Part shown: positions 1-7,617 of the stretch, one piece after another
How positions within the stretch are numbered: the first letter of the stretch is position 1
How the letters are laid out: each line of letters starts with the position of its first letter
The notes under the pieces: model-generated
Databases searched by the model: none
What the model saw: the letters and a program-made list of their open reading frames with translations, nothing else
Told to the model about the DNA's origin: nothing
Position numbers and translations under genes: made by a program
Assembly (NCBI GenBank): GCA_038154405.1
Contig: JAYPXF010000001.1
Location: 167,747-214,462, forward strand
DNA from: Verrucomicrobiales bacterium
GTDB taxonomy: Bacteria; Verrucomicrobiota; Verrucomicrobiia; Limisphaerales; JAYPXF01
Length of the DNA stretch: 46,716 nt
Reading direction: 5' to 3'

Positions 1-513
1 ATTGTGATGCGAAAGCTGTTGCCCATGGGCCACCGTCTCGAATCCGTGCGTGGCCGGATCTTCCGGCAGCATCTCGTCCAACGGCATGTCCACACCCAGC
101 AGGTCGTGGATCGTGTGTTCGTATTCCCGCCTCGTCAGTCGCCGCACATGCACGCGTCCCAAGGATTCCCTGTCGGCCTCGTCAGCCTTCATGAGGCGAC
201 GTTCCATGCTGTCCAGAAACGCCTGCCTCGCTGCGGTCGCCGGCCGCGACTTCTTCTTCGGCGGCATCTCGTCGGTCAACACCCGGTCGTAAATCCGTTT
301 CCAGGTCGCAAACTGCCCGTGACCGCTCAGGTCAAACTTCAGATCCGCGATGTTCAGATTGCCCTTCGTCACGGAATCGTCATGGCAATCGACACAGTTC
401 CGTTCCAGGAAGCCGTTCAAAGTCGGAGGAATGGAATCCGCCGCCCCGCCGGCAATGGCACAAGCCAGCAGGCCGGACACGGCCAGAACTCGTATTTTTC
501 CGATGAATGTCAA
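1..513 (-). CDS. Partial CDS (5' part only, continues past window start): secreted planctomycete-type cytochrome-c-domain protein, DUF1587/DUF1592-like (PSCyt/PSD class)
   Basis: Absent from the ORF track because no stop lies inside the window. Reverse-strand translation from TTG at 513-511 gives LTFIGKIRVLAVSGLLACAIAGGAADS..FLERNCVDCHDDSVTKGNLNIADL..LTDEMPPKKKSRP..RVHVRRLTRREYEHTIHDLLGVDMP. This shows a signal-peptide-like N-terminus, a CxxCH motif and the RRLTRxEY motif typical of this family. The + strand ORF 4..522 on the same DNA is Arg/His-rich and looks like a shadow ORF. Start codon uncertain. Confidence 0.7.
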   Translation of the reverse strand, partial: MTFIGKIRVLAVSGLLACAIAGGAADSIPPTLNGFLERNCVDCHDDSVTKGNLNIADLKFDLSGHGQFATWKRIYDRVLTDEMPPKKKSRPATAARQAFLDSMERRLMKADEADRESLGRVHVRRLTRREYEHTIHDLLGVDMPLDEMLPEDPATHGFETVAHGQQLSHHN

Positions 514-867
514 CGCGTCTGAAATTTTCTCTCCCGCACCCTGTTCTGCGGGAGATAAAGGGACGCGACGCAGAGGGATTTGCTTCAAATCTTCGGAAGC
601 AGACAGCTGCCGACGCAGAAGCGTGACCACTCTTTGGCTAGTTAAGCTTCCCGCCTCGTTGAAACCACAGCTCCAGAATCCCAATGGAGTTCCTCCCGTG
701 GAATTGGAAAAGTATGCCACCTCGTCTTGAGTCAGGATGGAGCGATGCCCGCCAGATGACACGCGATATGCGCAAGTGAACAGCAGCCGGGCATTGAAGG
801 TTTCTGCTTTCCGTCTGATTTAAAGGAACAGCGTGCGAACATCGTTTTCCGGCGCTATCTTGCGGCG

Positions 868-1710
868 GTGAAGGCCGAAGCTGCTCGCGTCGGGAGATTC
901 ATCGCCGTAGTGTGCGTGGCAGCGGGCGTATTTTTGCTCATGTTGAAGGCATTCGAACACAGCCAGGTTTATCATCCTTCGAAGGATTCGGAATACGCGG
1001 TGACCGATATTCACGCCGAAGGGGAAGACCTGTTTCTCACCAGCTCGGACGGCGTGAAGATTCACGCGTGGTTCATGCCGGGCAAGGCCGACTCGCCGAA
1101 TCGTGATTACGTGTTCCTCTTCTGCCATGGCAATGGCGGAAACCTCACCGGCCGTCCCACCGCCTACCGTGCCTTGCTCGCCACCGGCGCCAGCGTGATG
1201 GCCTTCGACTATCGCGGCTATGGCAAGAGCGACGGCGAACCGGCCGAGGAAGGCACTTACCAGGACGCCTTCGCTGCCTATGACTGGCTGATGGAGCGCG
1301 GCGTGAAACCCTACCACGTCATCGCCTGGGGTGAATCCCTCGGCGGCGGCATTGCCAGCAAGATTGCGCACACCAAACACATCGGTGCGCTCGTGTTGCA
1401 GAGCACCTTCACCAGCGTCCCGGACATCGGCGCCGAGATATTTCCCTTCCTCCCCGTGAAACTCATCGCCTCGATCCATTACCACACCCACGAACGAATG
1501 CCGGAGATCGACTGTCCCGTCGTCGTGATGCACGGCAAGGACGACGAAATCATTCCCTACCATCACGGCCAGAAGAATTTTGAGAAGGCCAACGAACCCA
1601 AACGCTTCGTCGAACTCGACGGCGGACACAACGACGCGATTTACGTGAACGAAAAGAAATACATCGCGGGCGCTGAAGCAGCGTTGGAAATGGCGCAGGC
1701 CAGGAAATGA
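868..1710 (+). CDS. alpha/beta-fold hydrolase (membrane-anchored, BEM46/S9-like)
   Basis: 280 aa with GTG start. N-terminal hydrophobic segment FIAVVCVAAGVFLLML, HGNGGN oxyanion-type motif, nucleophile elbow G-E-S-L-G-G (AWGESLGGGIA), and late DDEIIP and GGHND acid/His motifs. Stop overlaps the next start (ATGA). Confidence 0.85.
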   Translation: MKAEAARVGRFIAVVCVAAGVFLLMLKAFEHSQVYHPSKDSEYAVTDIHAEGEDLFLTSSDGVKIHAWFMPGKADSPNRDYVFLFCHGNGGNLTGRPTAYRALLATGASVMAFDYRGYGKSDGEPAEEGTYQDAFAAYDWLMERGVKPYHVIAWGESLGGGIASKIAHTKHIGALVLQSTFTSVPDIGAEIFPFLPVKLIASIHYHTHERMPEIDCPVVVMHGKDDEIIPYHHGQKNFEKANEPKRFVELDGGHNDAIYVNEKKYIAGAEAALEMAQARK

Positions 1711-2984
1711 AATCCGCGCTTTCCTCCCTCGGACGTCGCACGGAAGCGCCGCCCATCTCCTGGCTGATGAACCTCGCACTCAGTCGGCCCAATCTGATCT
1801 CCCTCGCCGCCGGATTTACGGACAACGAATCGCTGCCCGTCGATCTCACCCGCGACCTGGTGAACGAGATCCTCCGTCACGCCAAGCGCGGCCAACCGGC
1901 CCTGCAATATGGACCCACACCGGGCGATCCCGAGTTGCGGCAATTGACGGCCGACCGCGTGTTGCATCTCGATCAGGCCTCCGGTGGTCGCATTGCGAAG
2001 CGGCGCTATGACGTCGACCGCACGATCATCACCAACGGCTCCCAGCAGCTGTTGTACATGTTGACCGAGGCGCTGTTCGATCCCGGTGACATCGCGCTCG
2101 TCGAGGACCCCACCTACTTCGTCTATCTCGGCATCGCCCAGAGTCACGGCCTGCGTTGTCGCGGCATTCGCATGCAGCCTGACGGCATCGATCTGGAACA
2201 CTTGGAGTTCTGCTTGCAGGAGCTCAAGAAGTCCGGCGACATCAAGCGACTGAAGATGCTCTACCTGGTGGCCTACCACCAGAACCCCGCGTGCCTTACG
2301 ACCTCTCTTGCCAAGAAACGCGCCGCGCTCGCACTTCTCGCGAAATACGAGAAGTCCGCCGGCCATCCAATCTACCTGCTCGAAGATTCCGCCTATCGGG
2401 AACTCTGTTTCACCGGTGAAGACCCTCCGGCTGCCTTGACGCTCAAGGGTGCCGAGGACCGCGTCATCTATACGGGCACCTACAGCAAACCGTTCGCGAC
2501 CGGCGTTCGCGCCGGCTTCGGGATCCTGCCCGAGGATCTCTTCACCATCGTCACCCGCATCAAGGGCAATCACGACTTTGGCACGGCGAACGTCGTGCAA
2601 CATGTCCTCACCCGCGCCCTGAAGAGCGGCAAATACGAGAAGCATCTCGCGCAGATCCAGCACCGCTATGCCGCCAAGGCCGAGGTGATGCTCACCGAAA
2701 TGCGCCGGCACTTTCCCGACGCCGTCACCTGGCCGGACACCCGCGGCGGGCTTTACTACTGGGGGGTGTTGCCTCAGCACGCCAAGACCGGTTTGAAATC
2801 GAAAATCTTCAACGCCGCCTTGGATGCTGGGGTGTTCTACGTCCCCGGTTCACTGTGTTACGCCGACGATTCCACCCGCCGCAAACCGGACCACGAACTG
2901 CGCATCAGCTTCGGCGCCGCCAGCCTGAAGAACATCCGCAAAGGCATCCGCCTCCTCGGTCAGGTGTTGCACGAGAATCTGTGA
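1707..2984 (+). CDS. PLP-dependent aminotransferase, class I/II fold (aminoadipate/MocR-type catalytic domain without HTH)
   Basis: 425 aa. Motifs seen: ISLAAGFTDNESLP, YGPTPGDPELR, ITNGSQQ, EDPTYF and the Schiff-base lysine context TGTYSKPFATGVRAGF. 4-nt ATGA overlap with the upstream hydrolase suggests an operon. Confidence 0.85.
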   Translation: MKSALSSLGRRTEAPPISWLMNLALSRPNLISLAAGFTDNESLPVDLTRDLVNEILRHAKRGQPALQYGPTPGDPELRQLTADRVLHLDQASGGRIAKRRYDVDRTIITNGSQQLLYMLTEALFDPGDIALVEDPTYFVYLGIAQSHGLRCRGIRMQPDGIDLEHLEFCLQELKKSGDIKRLKMLYLVAYHQNPACLTTSLAKKRAALALLAKYEKSAGHPIYLLEDSAYRELCFTGEDPPAALTLKGAEDRVIYTGTYSKPFATGVRAGFGILPEDLFTIVTRIKGNHDFGTANVVQHVLTRALKSGKYEKHLAQIQHRYAAKAEVMLTEMRRHFPDAVTWPDTRGGLYYWGVLPQHAKTGLKSKIFNAALDAGVFYVPGSLCYADDSTRRKPDHELRISFGAASLKNIRKGIRLLGQVLHENL

Positions 2985-3005
2985 ATGAGGGACGCCCGTT
3001 CCTGG

Positions 3006-3160
3006 CTTTGAAGTGGGCTCGCGAGGACTCTCGCCACACCGAGGTTTGGACCGCCGTCGCTGGTAATGAAACGGTCAGAGTTTTCGGAAACGTCCGAGCT
3101 ATTGGCGTGAGCTGTCAACAGATTCGGTGGGGCGAGCATCCCCGCGAGCCCACTTCAAAG
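3006..3160. repeat. Inverted pair of family-1 intergenic repeats (REP/MITE-like)
   Basis: 3006-3023 ctttgaagtgggctcgcg is the exact reverse complement of 3143-3160 cgcgagcccacttcaaag (18/18). The arms continue imperfectly (3024-3049 vs 3117-3142). The same unit recurs at 20875-21014, 10328-10349 and, degenerate, at 5567-5594. Confidence 0.7.
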
Positions 3161-3191
3161 TCCCATCGGGACGAAACTCAGTTGACGAGGA

Positions 3192-3681
3192 TCATCCCTT
3201 TTCCGCGAAATGGCGGAGCAGCAATTCCTCCCATTCGCCGATGAAAAATTCGTACGTGGTCTCGTCAAAGCCGGCGATGAACCGTCGTCCGGCTTCCGAC
3301 AAGGCTCGATATTCATAGGTGACATTCACCGAGGATCGTTCACTCCCAAGGTCCGCGCATTTCACCGTAATGATCCCGAGTTTTTCTCCCGGTTCGATCT
3401 TGTAGAACTGGACCAGATGATTGTCCGGTTCGTGTCGCTTGACGATCCAGACGGCTTCGGCCGCCGCGTGGTTGTGAGTTTTTGAGGAAGACGTAATCCT
3501 CGGACAATTCCGTCGTGCCCATCACGTTCTCGTAGTCCCAACCCGGCACCCACGCCTTTTCTCCTTCCGGATTGAACAGCGGAAACAGTTCTGCCAAGGG
3601 CGCTGCGATTTCAAAGGTCCTGCCGTGCGTGACGGATTCCATGATCTGCAATTGTTTACTTTCCCATTTGGCGAGCGGCAT
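3192..3681 (-). pseudogene. SRPBCC-superfamily-like (START/Bet v 1 fold) small protein interrupted by a +1 frameshift in a homopolymer
   Basis: From ATG 3681 the first reading frame gives MPLAKWESKQLQIMESVTHGRTFEIAAPLAELFPLFNPEGEKAWVPGWDYENVMGTTELSEDYVFLK, then degenerates into an Arg/Gly-rich tail. After the A5 run (T5 on + strand, 3479-3483) the +1 frame reads THNHAAAEAVWIVKRHEPDNHLVQFYKIEPGEKLGIITVKCADLGSERSSVNVTYEYRALSEAGRRFIAGFDETTYEFFIGEWEELLLRHFAEKG, ending at the stop 3194-3192. The span is 490 nt (3n+1), and deleting one A restores a 162-aa ORF. Confidence 0.7.
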
Positions 3682-3696
3682 TATTTTGCCTGACGA

Positions 3697-4134
3697 ATGG
3701 CCGCGCTGAAGAACATTCTGATCTATGACAGCGACTGCCCGCTCTGCACCTTCCAGATGAAGTTGCTGACGTGGTTGGACTGGTTCAACCGCGTACGCCT
3801 GTTGCCGATCAAGGATCCGGAAGTCGCCCAGGTGGCACCGACCCTGACGCGGAAGGATCTGTTGGAAGCCATTCATTGCGTCACCCCCTCCCACCGTATC
3901 CACCGCGGCGCCCGTTGCATCCGCTTCCTTGGTCTGCGCATGCCGCTGCTGGTTCCACTCGCATTTTTTCTGTGGATTCCCGGCGTGATCTGGATTGCCG
4001 AGATCGTCTACCAATGGATCAGCCGCAACCGTCATCTGCTGAGCCGCTGGTTCGGTTGCGGGGAAGCCTGTTCCATCATGCCCGCCCGCAAGCGCGAGGA
4101 GGACACCCTCGCCGACAAACCGTTTTCCAAATGA
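3697..4134 (+). CDS. DCC-family thiol-disulfide oxidoreductase (DUF393)
   Basis: 145 aa. N-terminal IYDSDCPLCTFQMKLL (DxxCxxC signature), then HCVTPSHRIHRGARCIRFL and a C-terminal hydrophobic region ending YQWISRNRHLLS, as typical for DUF393. Stop TGA 4132-4134 overlaps the sulfatase ATG 4131-4133. Confidence 0.85.
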   Translation: MAALKNILIYDSDCPLCTFQMKLLTWLDWFNRVRLLPIKDPEVAQVAPTLTRKDLLEAIHCVTPSHRIHRGARCIRFLGLRMPLLVPLAFFLWIPGVIWIAEIVYQWISRNRHLLSRWFGCGEACSIMPARKREEDTLADKPFSK

Positions 4135-5474
4135 CCCGCCCTCTCATCCTGCTCTTCGCGGCTACGTTCTGCCTTGCCTCCCCCGCAGCCGGTCCGCCCA
4201 ACATCCTCATCATCACCTGTGACAATCTCGGATACGGGGACCTGCAGGTCTACAACGCGAAGTCGCACATCAAGACACCACGCCTGGATCGGCTGGCGGA
4301 AGAAGGAGTGCGGTTGAACAGCTTCTATACGGCGTCTTCCACCTGCACCGTCTCGCGGGCCTGCCTGTTGACCGGCCGCATTCCGCAGCGGCACAAATTG
4401 GTGAACCAACTGCCGGGATTGAAGGGCAACTACGGCGTCGGATTGAACCCCGGGGAACTGCTCATTCCGCAACTGCTCAAGCGCGCATCCGTGCCTTATC
4501 ACACCGCCTGTTTCGGCAAGTGGAACATCGGCTTTGCCGAGGGTTCGCGTCCCACCGAACGCGGCTTCGATGAATTCATCGGTCACGCCTCGGGAAACTG
4601 CGATTACTACAGCCACATCTACGGCGGCAAGCATGACCTGTATCAGGGTATCAAGGAGCTGCATCGCCAGGGCGAATACGCGACCGACATCTTCGCCGAG
4701 GCCGCAGTGGAATATATCAAGCGCCGCACCAAGACCGGCAAACCGTGGTTCTGCTACGTGCCGTTCAATGCGCCTCATTTTCCCAGTGCCAAGAACAAGA
4801 GGCCCGGCCAGAAGAATGAATGGCAGGCACCTGATTGGGCATTCAAGGAATACGGTTTTTCACCCGATGAATCGGATCCGGTCAAACGCTACGCCGCTGT
4901 CGTCACCGCCTTGGACCGCGGCGTCGGTCAGGTGCTGGACGCCCTTGAGGAGAGCGGCGCGGCGGACAACACCTTCGTCTTCTTCATGTCCGACAACGGT
5001 GGCTTTCGCCTCAATCGCAAGGGACTGGACATCGGCATCAATGATCCCCTGCGCAGTGGCGGAATCACCTGTTGGGAAGGCGGCATCCGGGTGGTCGCCT
5101 TCGCCCGTTGGCCAGGACGGATCAAGCCCGGTACGGTGAACGGCGAAGCGTTCTGGTCACCTGACATTCTGCAGGCCTGCGCCAGGTTGTCCGGTGCTGA
5201 ACTCCCGCAGAAGACGGTCTTCGACGGCAAAGATCCGCTGCCCCTGCTCACACAGGGCGCGAAGTCCGCACACGAGTCCTTCTACTTCATCTTCCGTCGC
5301 CACGCCGCCCTGCGGAAAGGTGACTGGAAGATCGTGCGCGAACGACCGGAACATCCCTGGCAACTCTTCAATCTGAGCGCGGACCTGGCGGAGAAGAACA
5401 ACCTCGCCCAGCAACATCCCGCCCGCGTCACCGACCTCGCCAACACGTTCAAAGCTTGGGAGCAAACGTTTTAG
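4131..5474 (+). CDS. S1-family sulfatase with non-canonical active-site motifs (exported)
   Basis: The track ORF 3771..5474 is trimmed to the in-frame ATG at 4131: MTRPLILLFAATFCLASPAAGPPNILIITCDNLGYGDL (signal peptide + sulfatase N-terminus). Also present are FGKWNIG, NAPHFP, FFMSDNGG and RKGDWKIV motifs. The formylglycine motif reads C-T-V-S-R (4344-4358) instead of C-x-P-x-R, and the metal-binding DD reads D-N (4221-4226). Confidence 0.9.
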   Translation: MTRPLILLFAATFCLASPAAGPPNILIITCDNLGYGDLQVYNAKSHIKTPRLDRLAEEGVRLNSFYTASSTCTVSRACLLTGRIPQRHKLVNQLPGLKGNYGVGLNPGELLIPQLLKRASVPYHTACFGKWNIGFAEGSRPTERGFDEFIGHASGNCDYYSHIYGGKHDLYQGIKELHRQGEYATDIFAEAAVEYIKRRTKTGKPWFCYVPFNAPHFPSAKNKRPGQKNEWQAPDWAFKEYGFSPDESDPVKRYAAVVTALDRGVGQVLDALEESGAADNTFVFFMSDNGGFRLNRKGLDIGINDPLRSGGITCWEGGIRVVAFARWPGRIKPGTVNGEAFWSPDILQACARLSGAELPQKTVFDGKDPLPLLTQGAKSAHESFYFIFRRHAALRKGDWKIVRERPEHPWQLFNLSADLAEKNNLAQQHPARVTDLANTFKAWEQTF

Positions 5475-5566
5475 CGAGACGCCGACTTGATTCGTCAAGA
5501 CGGCTGAATTCAGCGCCAAAACCATAGCGGTGACTTCCACGTCGCCGTTGAAGGCAACCCCACCTG

Positions 5567-5594
5567 CCTCGGTGACTGAAAGTCCTCGCTACGG
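5567..5594 (-). repeat. Degenerate copy of the family-1 repeat core
   Basis: The reverse complement ccgtagcgaggactttcagtcaccgagg aligns with 3017-3045 ggctcgcgaggactctcgccacaccgagg. The blocks gcgaggact and caccgagg are conserved, with a 1-nt indel. Confidence 0.3.
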
Positions 5595-6186
5595 CGCTGA
5601 TGCTACGAACGTGGGGTGTTGTGCCGGTGGCGTTAACAAGATCTGGTTGTCGGAGCAAGGAGTTCCTGACCTGCAGCAACAGCGGATCACCACCCACTAT
5701 CCTGACCCAGGAAAACACTGATCGGAACCGCCTGGTGCGGACCCGCATGCCGGGTGGTGTGGGAGCCGGGAGCGAATCACTCCCGGCGACCCGATTGGTA
5801 GGCCAACGGCGCCAACCTGTAATGCGCCCCAGAGCATCCGCCATCGCCTAATCGCTATCTTGGTCATGGCCTACCAGCGTAGTATAGGCCGTTGATGTTT
5901 GCATACTTCTGCGCATTCAGCGGGGATATCATGGGTAATGCGGGCGAAGTGTTGAGGATGGGGAGGTTGTGCATTTTGCGGGAGCTCATATTCATTCCGG
6001 CTAATGGGACTTGGACTGCGTCTTCCTTTTCGGGCCCGTAGGGGCGATCGGACGAACGTGCGTTCGTCCACCGGTGAAATCAAGTCAGGGACTTCACTGG
6101 ATCGTAGCGGAAGATGCAAAATCTTCCGATTGTTGCCGCCTCGATCAGTCGGAATTTTTTGCAAATTCCGCGACGGGGTGAGCGCG

Positions 6187-7617
6187 CTACACCAGCAGGT
6201 CGTGGAGGACGTGGCCGTGGACATCCGTCAGGCGGCGTTGGATGCCGTTGTGGTAGTAGGTGAGGCGGGTGTGGTCCATGCCGTTGAGGTGCAGCATGGT
6301 GGCGTGGATGTCGTAGAACTGCGCTGGTTTCTCGGCGACGTAGAAGCCGAGTTCGTCGGTGCTGCCGTGGCGCATGCCGCCCTTGATACCGCCCCCGGCC
6401 ATCCACACGGTGAAGGCATCGGGGTGATGGTCGCGGCCCTTGCCGGTCAGTCCCTGAGTCACGGGCGTGCGACCAAATTCGCTGGTCCACAGGATCAGGG
6501 TCTCGTCCAACAGACCCCGGGACTTGAGGTCCTTGATGAGACCGGCCACGGGTTTGTCGAGCGTGCGTGCCTGACGGCCGTGATTGTCGACAAGATCTTC
6601 GTGCGCATCCCAGTTCACGCGGGGTCGACCACCGAAGGCGCCCCCGTTGAACAGCTGTAGGAAACGCACGCCGCGTTCGCTTAAGCGCCGGGCCAATAGG
6701 CAACTGCGACCGAAGCCGAGCGTATCGGGATCATCGACGCCGTAGAGCTCCCGGGTAGCAGGTGATTCGCGATCCACATCCACGATGCCGGGAACGCTCA
6801 ATTGCATCTGCGCGGCGAGTTCGTAGGAACGGATCCGGGCGCGCAACACATCGTCATGCGGATGCTGCGCGGAGAAATCGGCATTGAAGTCGGCCAGCAG
6901 ATCGAAGCCGGCGCGTCGCGCCTTCCCGGTCACCGAATCCGGTGTGCGCAGATTGGGGATCGGTTCCACCCCGGCCTGGGTGTTGAAGGCGACGCCCTGA
7001 TGCACGGCGGGCAGAAAGCCGGAGGTCCAGTTTATGGAACCACCGGCGGGCAGGCCTCGCGCATCCGGCAGTACCACGTATGCGGGCAGGTCGGAATTCT
7101 CAGAACCGAGGCCATAGGACAGCCAGGCGCCCAGGCTCGGAAAGCCGTTGATCGTGAAGCCGGTGTTCTCCTGGAAGGTCGCAGGCGTGTGGTTCGATGA
7201 CTTCGCGTGCATCGAGTTCACGAACGCGATGTCATCAGCACAGGTGGCAAGGTGCGGAAAGAGATCGGAGATGGGCACGCCCGCCTGTCCGCATTCGCGG
7301 AAACCCCAAGGGCTCTGGCGAATGCGGCCGGGTTGCCCGAAGAAAGGATCGTAGCGGGGATCCTTGTATTCCTGTCCATGACGCTTCGCCAATTCGGGTT
7401 TGGGATCGAAGGTGTCCACGTGGGAAACACCGCCCGTGCTGCAGATGTGGATCACGCGCTTCGCCTTGCCCGCGTAATGCGAGCGCTTGGCGGAGTACGG
7501 CGATACCGCCGCGAAGGCATCCCGCTGCATCATCCAGGACAGCGCGGCGGCGCCGAAACCGTTGGCGGTGTGCCAGAGGAAATTGCGGCGCGAAAGGAGG
7601 GGTGTTTCTTCGTTCAT
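6187..7617 (-). CDS. DUF1501 domain protein (sulfatase/alkaline-phosphatase-superfamily-like, Tat-exported)
   Basis: 476 aa. Twin-arginine N-terminus LLSRRNFLWHTANGFGAAAL, followed by motifs typical of DUF1501: RVIHICSTGGVSHVDTFDPKP, WTSEFGRTP, GRDHHP and YHNGIQRRLTDVHG. Its start overlaps the upstream gene's stop (ATGA). Confidence 0.9.
   Translation of the reverse strand: MNEETPLLSRRNFLWHTANGFGAAALSWMMQRDAFAAVSPYSAKRSHYAGKAKRVIHICSTGGVSHVDTFDPKPELAKRHGQEYKDPRYDPFFGQPGRIRQSPWGFRECGQAGVPISDLFPHLATCADDIAFVNSMHAKSSNHTPATFQENTGFTINGFPSLGAWLSYGLGSENSDLPAYVVLPDARGLPAGGSINWTSGFLPAVHQGVAFNTQAGVEPIPNLRTPDSVTGKARRAGFDLLADFNADFSAQHPHDDVLRARIRSYELAAQMQLSVPGIVDVDRESPATRELYGVDDPDTLGFGRSCLLARRLSERGVRFLQLFNGGAFGGRPRVNWDAHEDLVDNHGRQARTLDKPVAGLIKDLKSRGLLDETLILWTSEFGRTPVTQGLTGKGRDHHPDAFTVWMAGGGIKGGMRHGSTDELGFYVAEKPAQFYDIHATMLHLNGMDHTRLTYYHNGIQRRLTDVHGHVLHDLLV

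Noticed and set aside
4-522. 172-aa + strand ORF at the window start
   Set aside because: Its composition is Arg/His/Gln-rich with no recognisable motifs. The opposite strand encodes a convincing signal peptide + CxxCH + RRLTRxEY protein over the same DNA, so the + ORF is a shadow ORF.
5475-6186. Possible RNase P, SRP, tmRNA or riboswitch in the long convergent gap
   Set aside because: Only fragmentary resemblances exist (for example tgaaagtcc vs the RNase P GGAAAGUCC box, and cggagcaagg). The other conserved boxes are absent or in the wrong order on both strands, and no tRNA-like 3' end is present. It is kept only as an unexplained gap.
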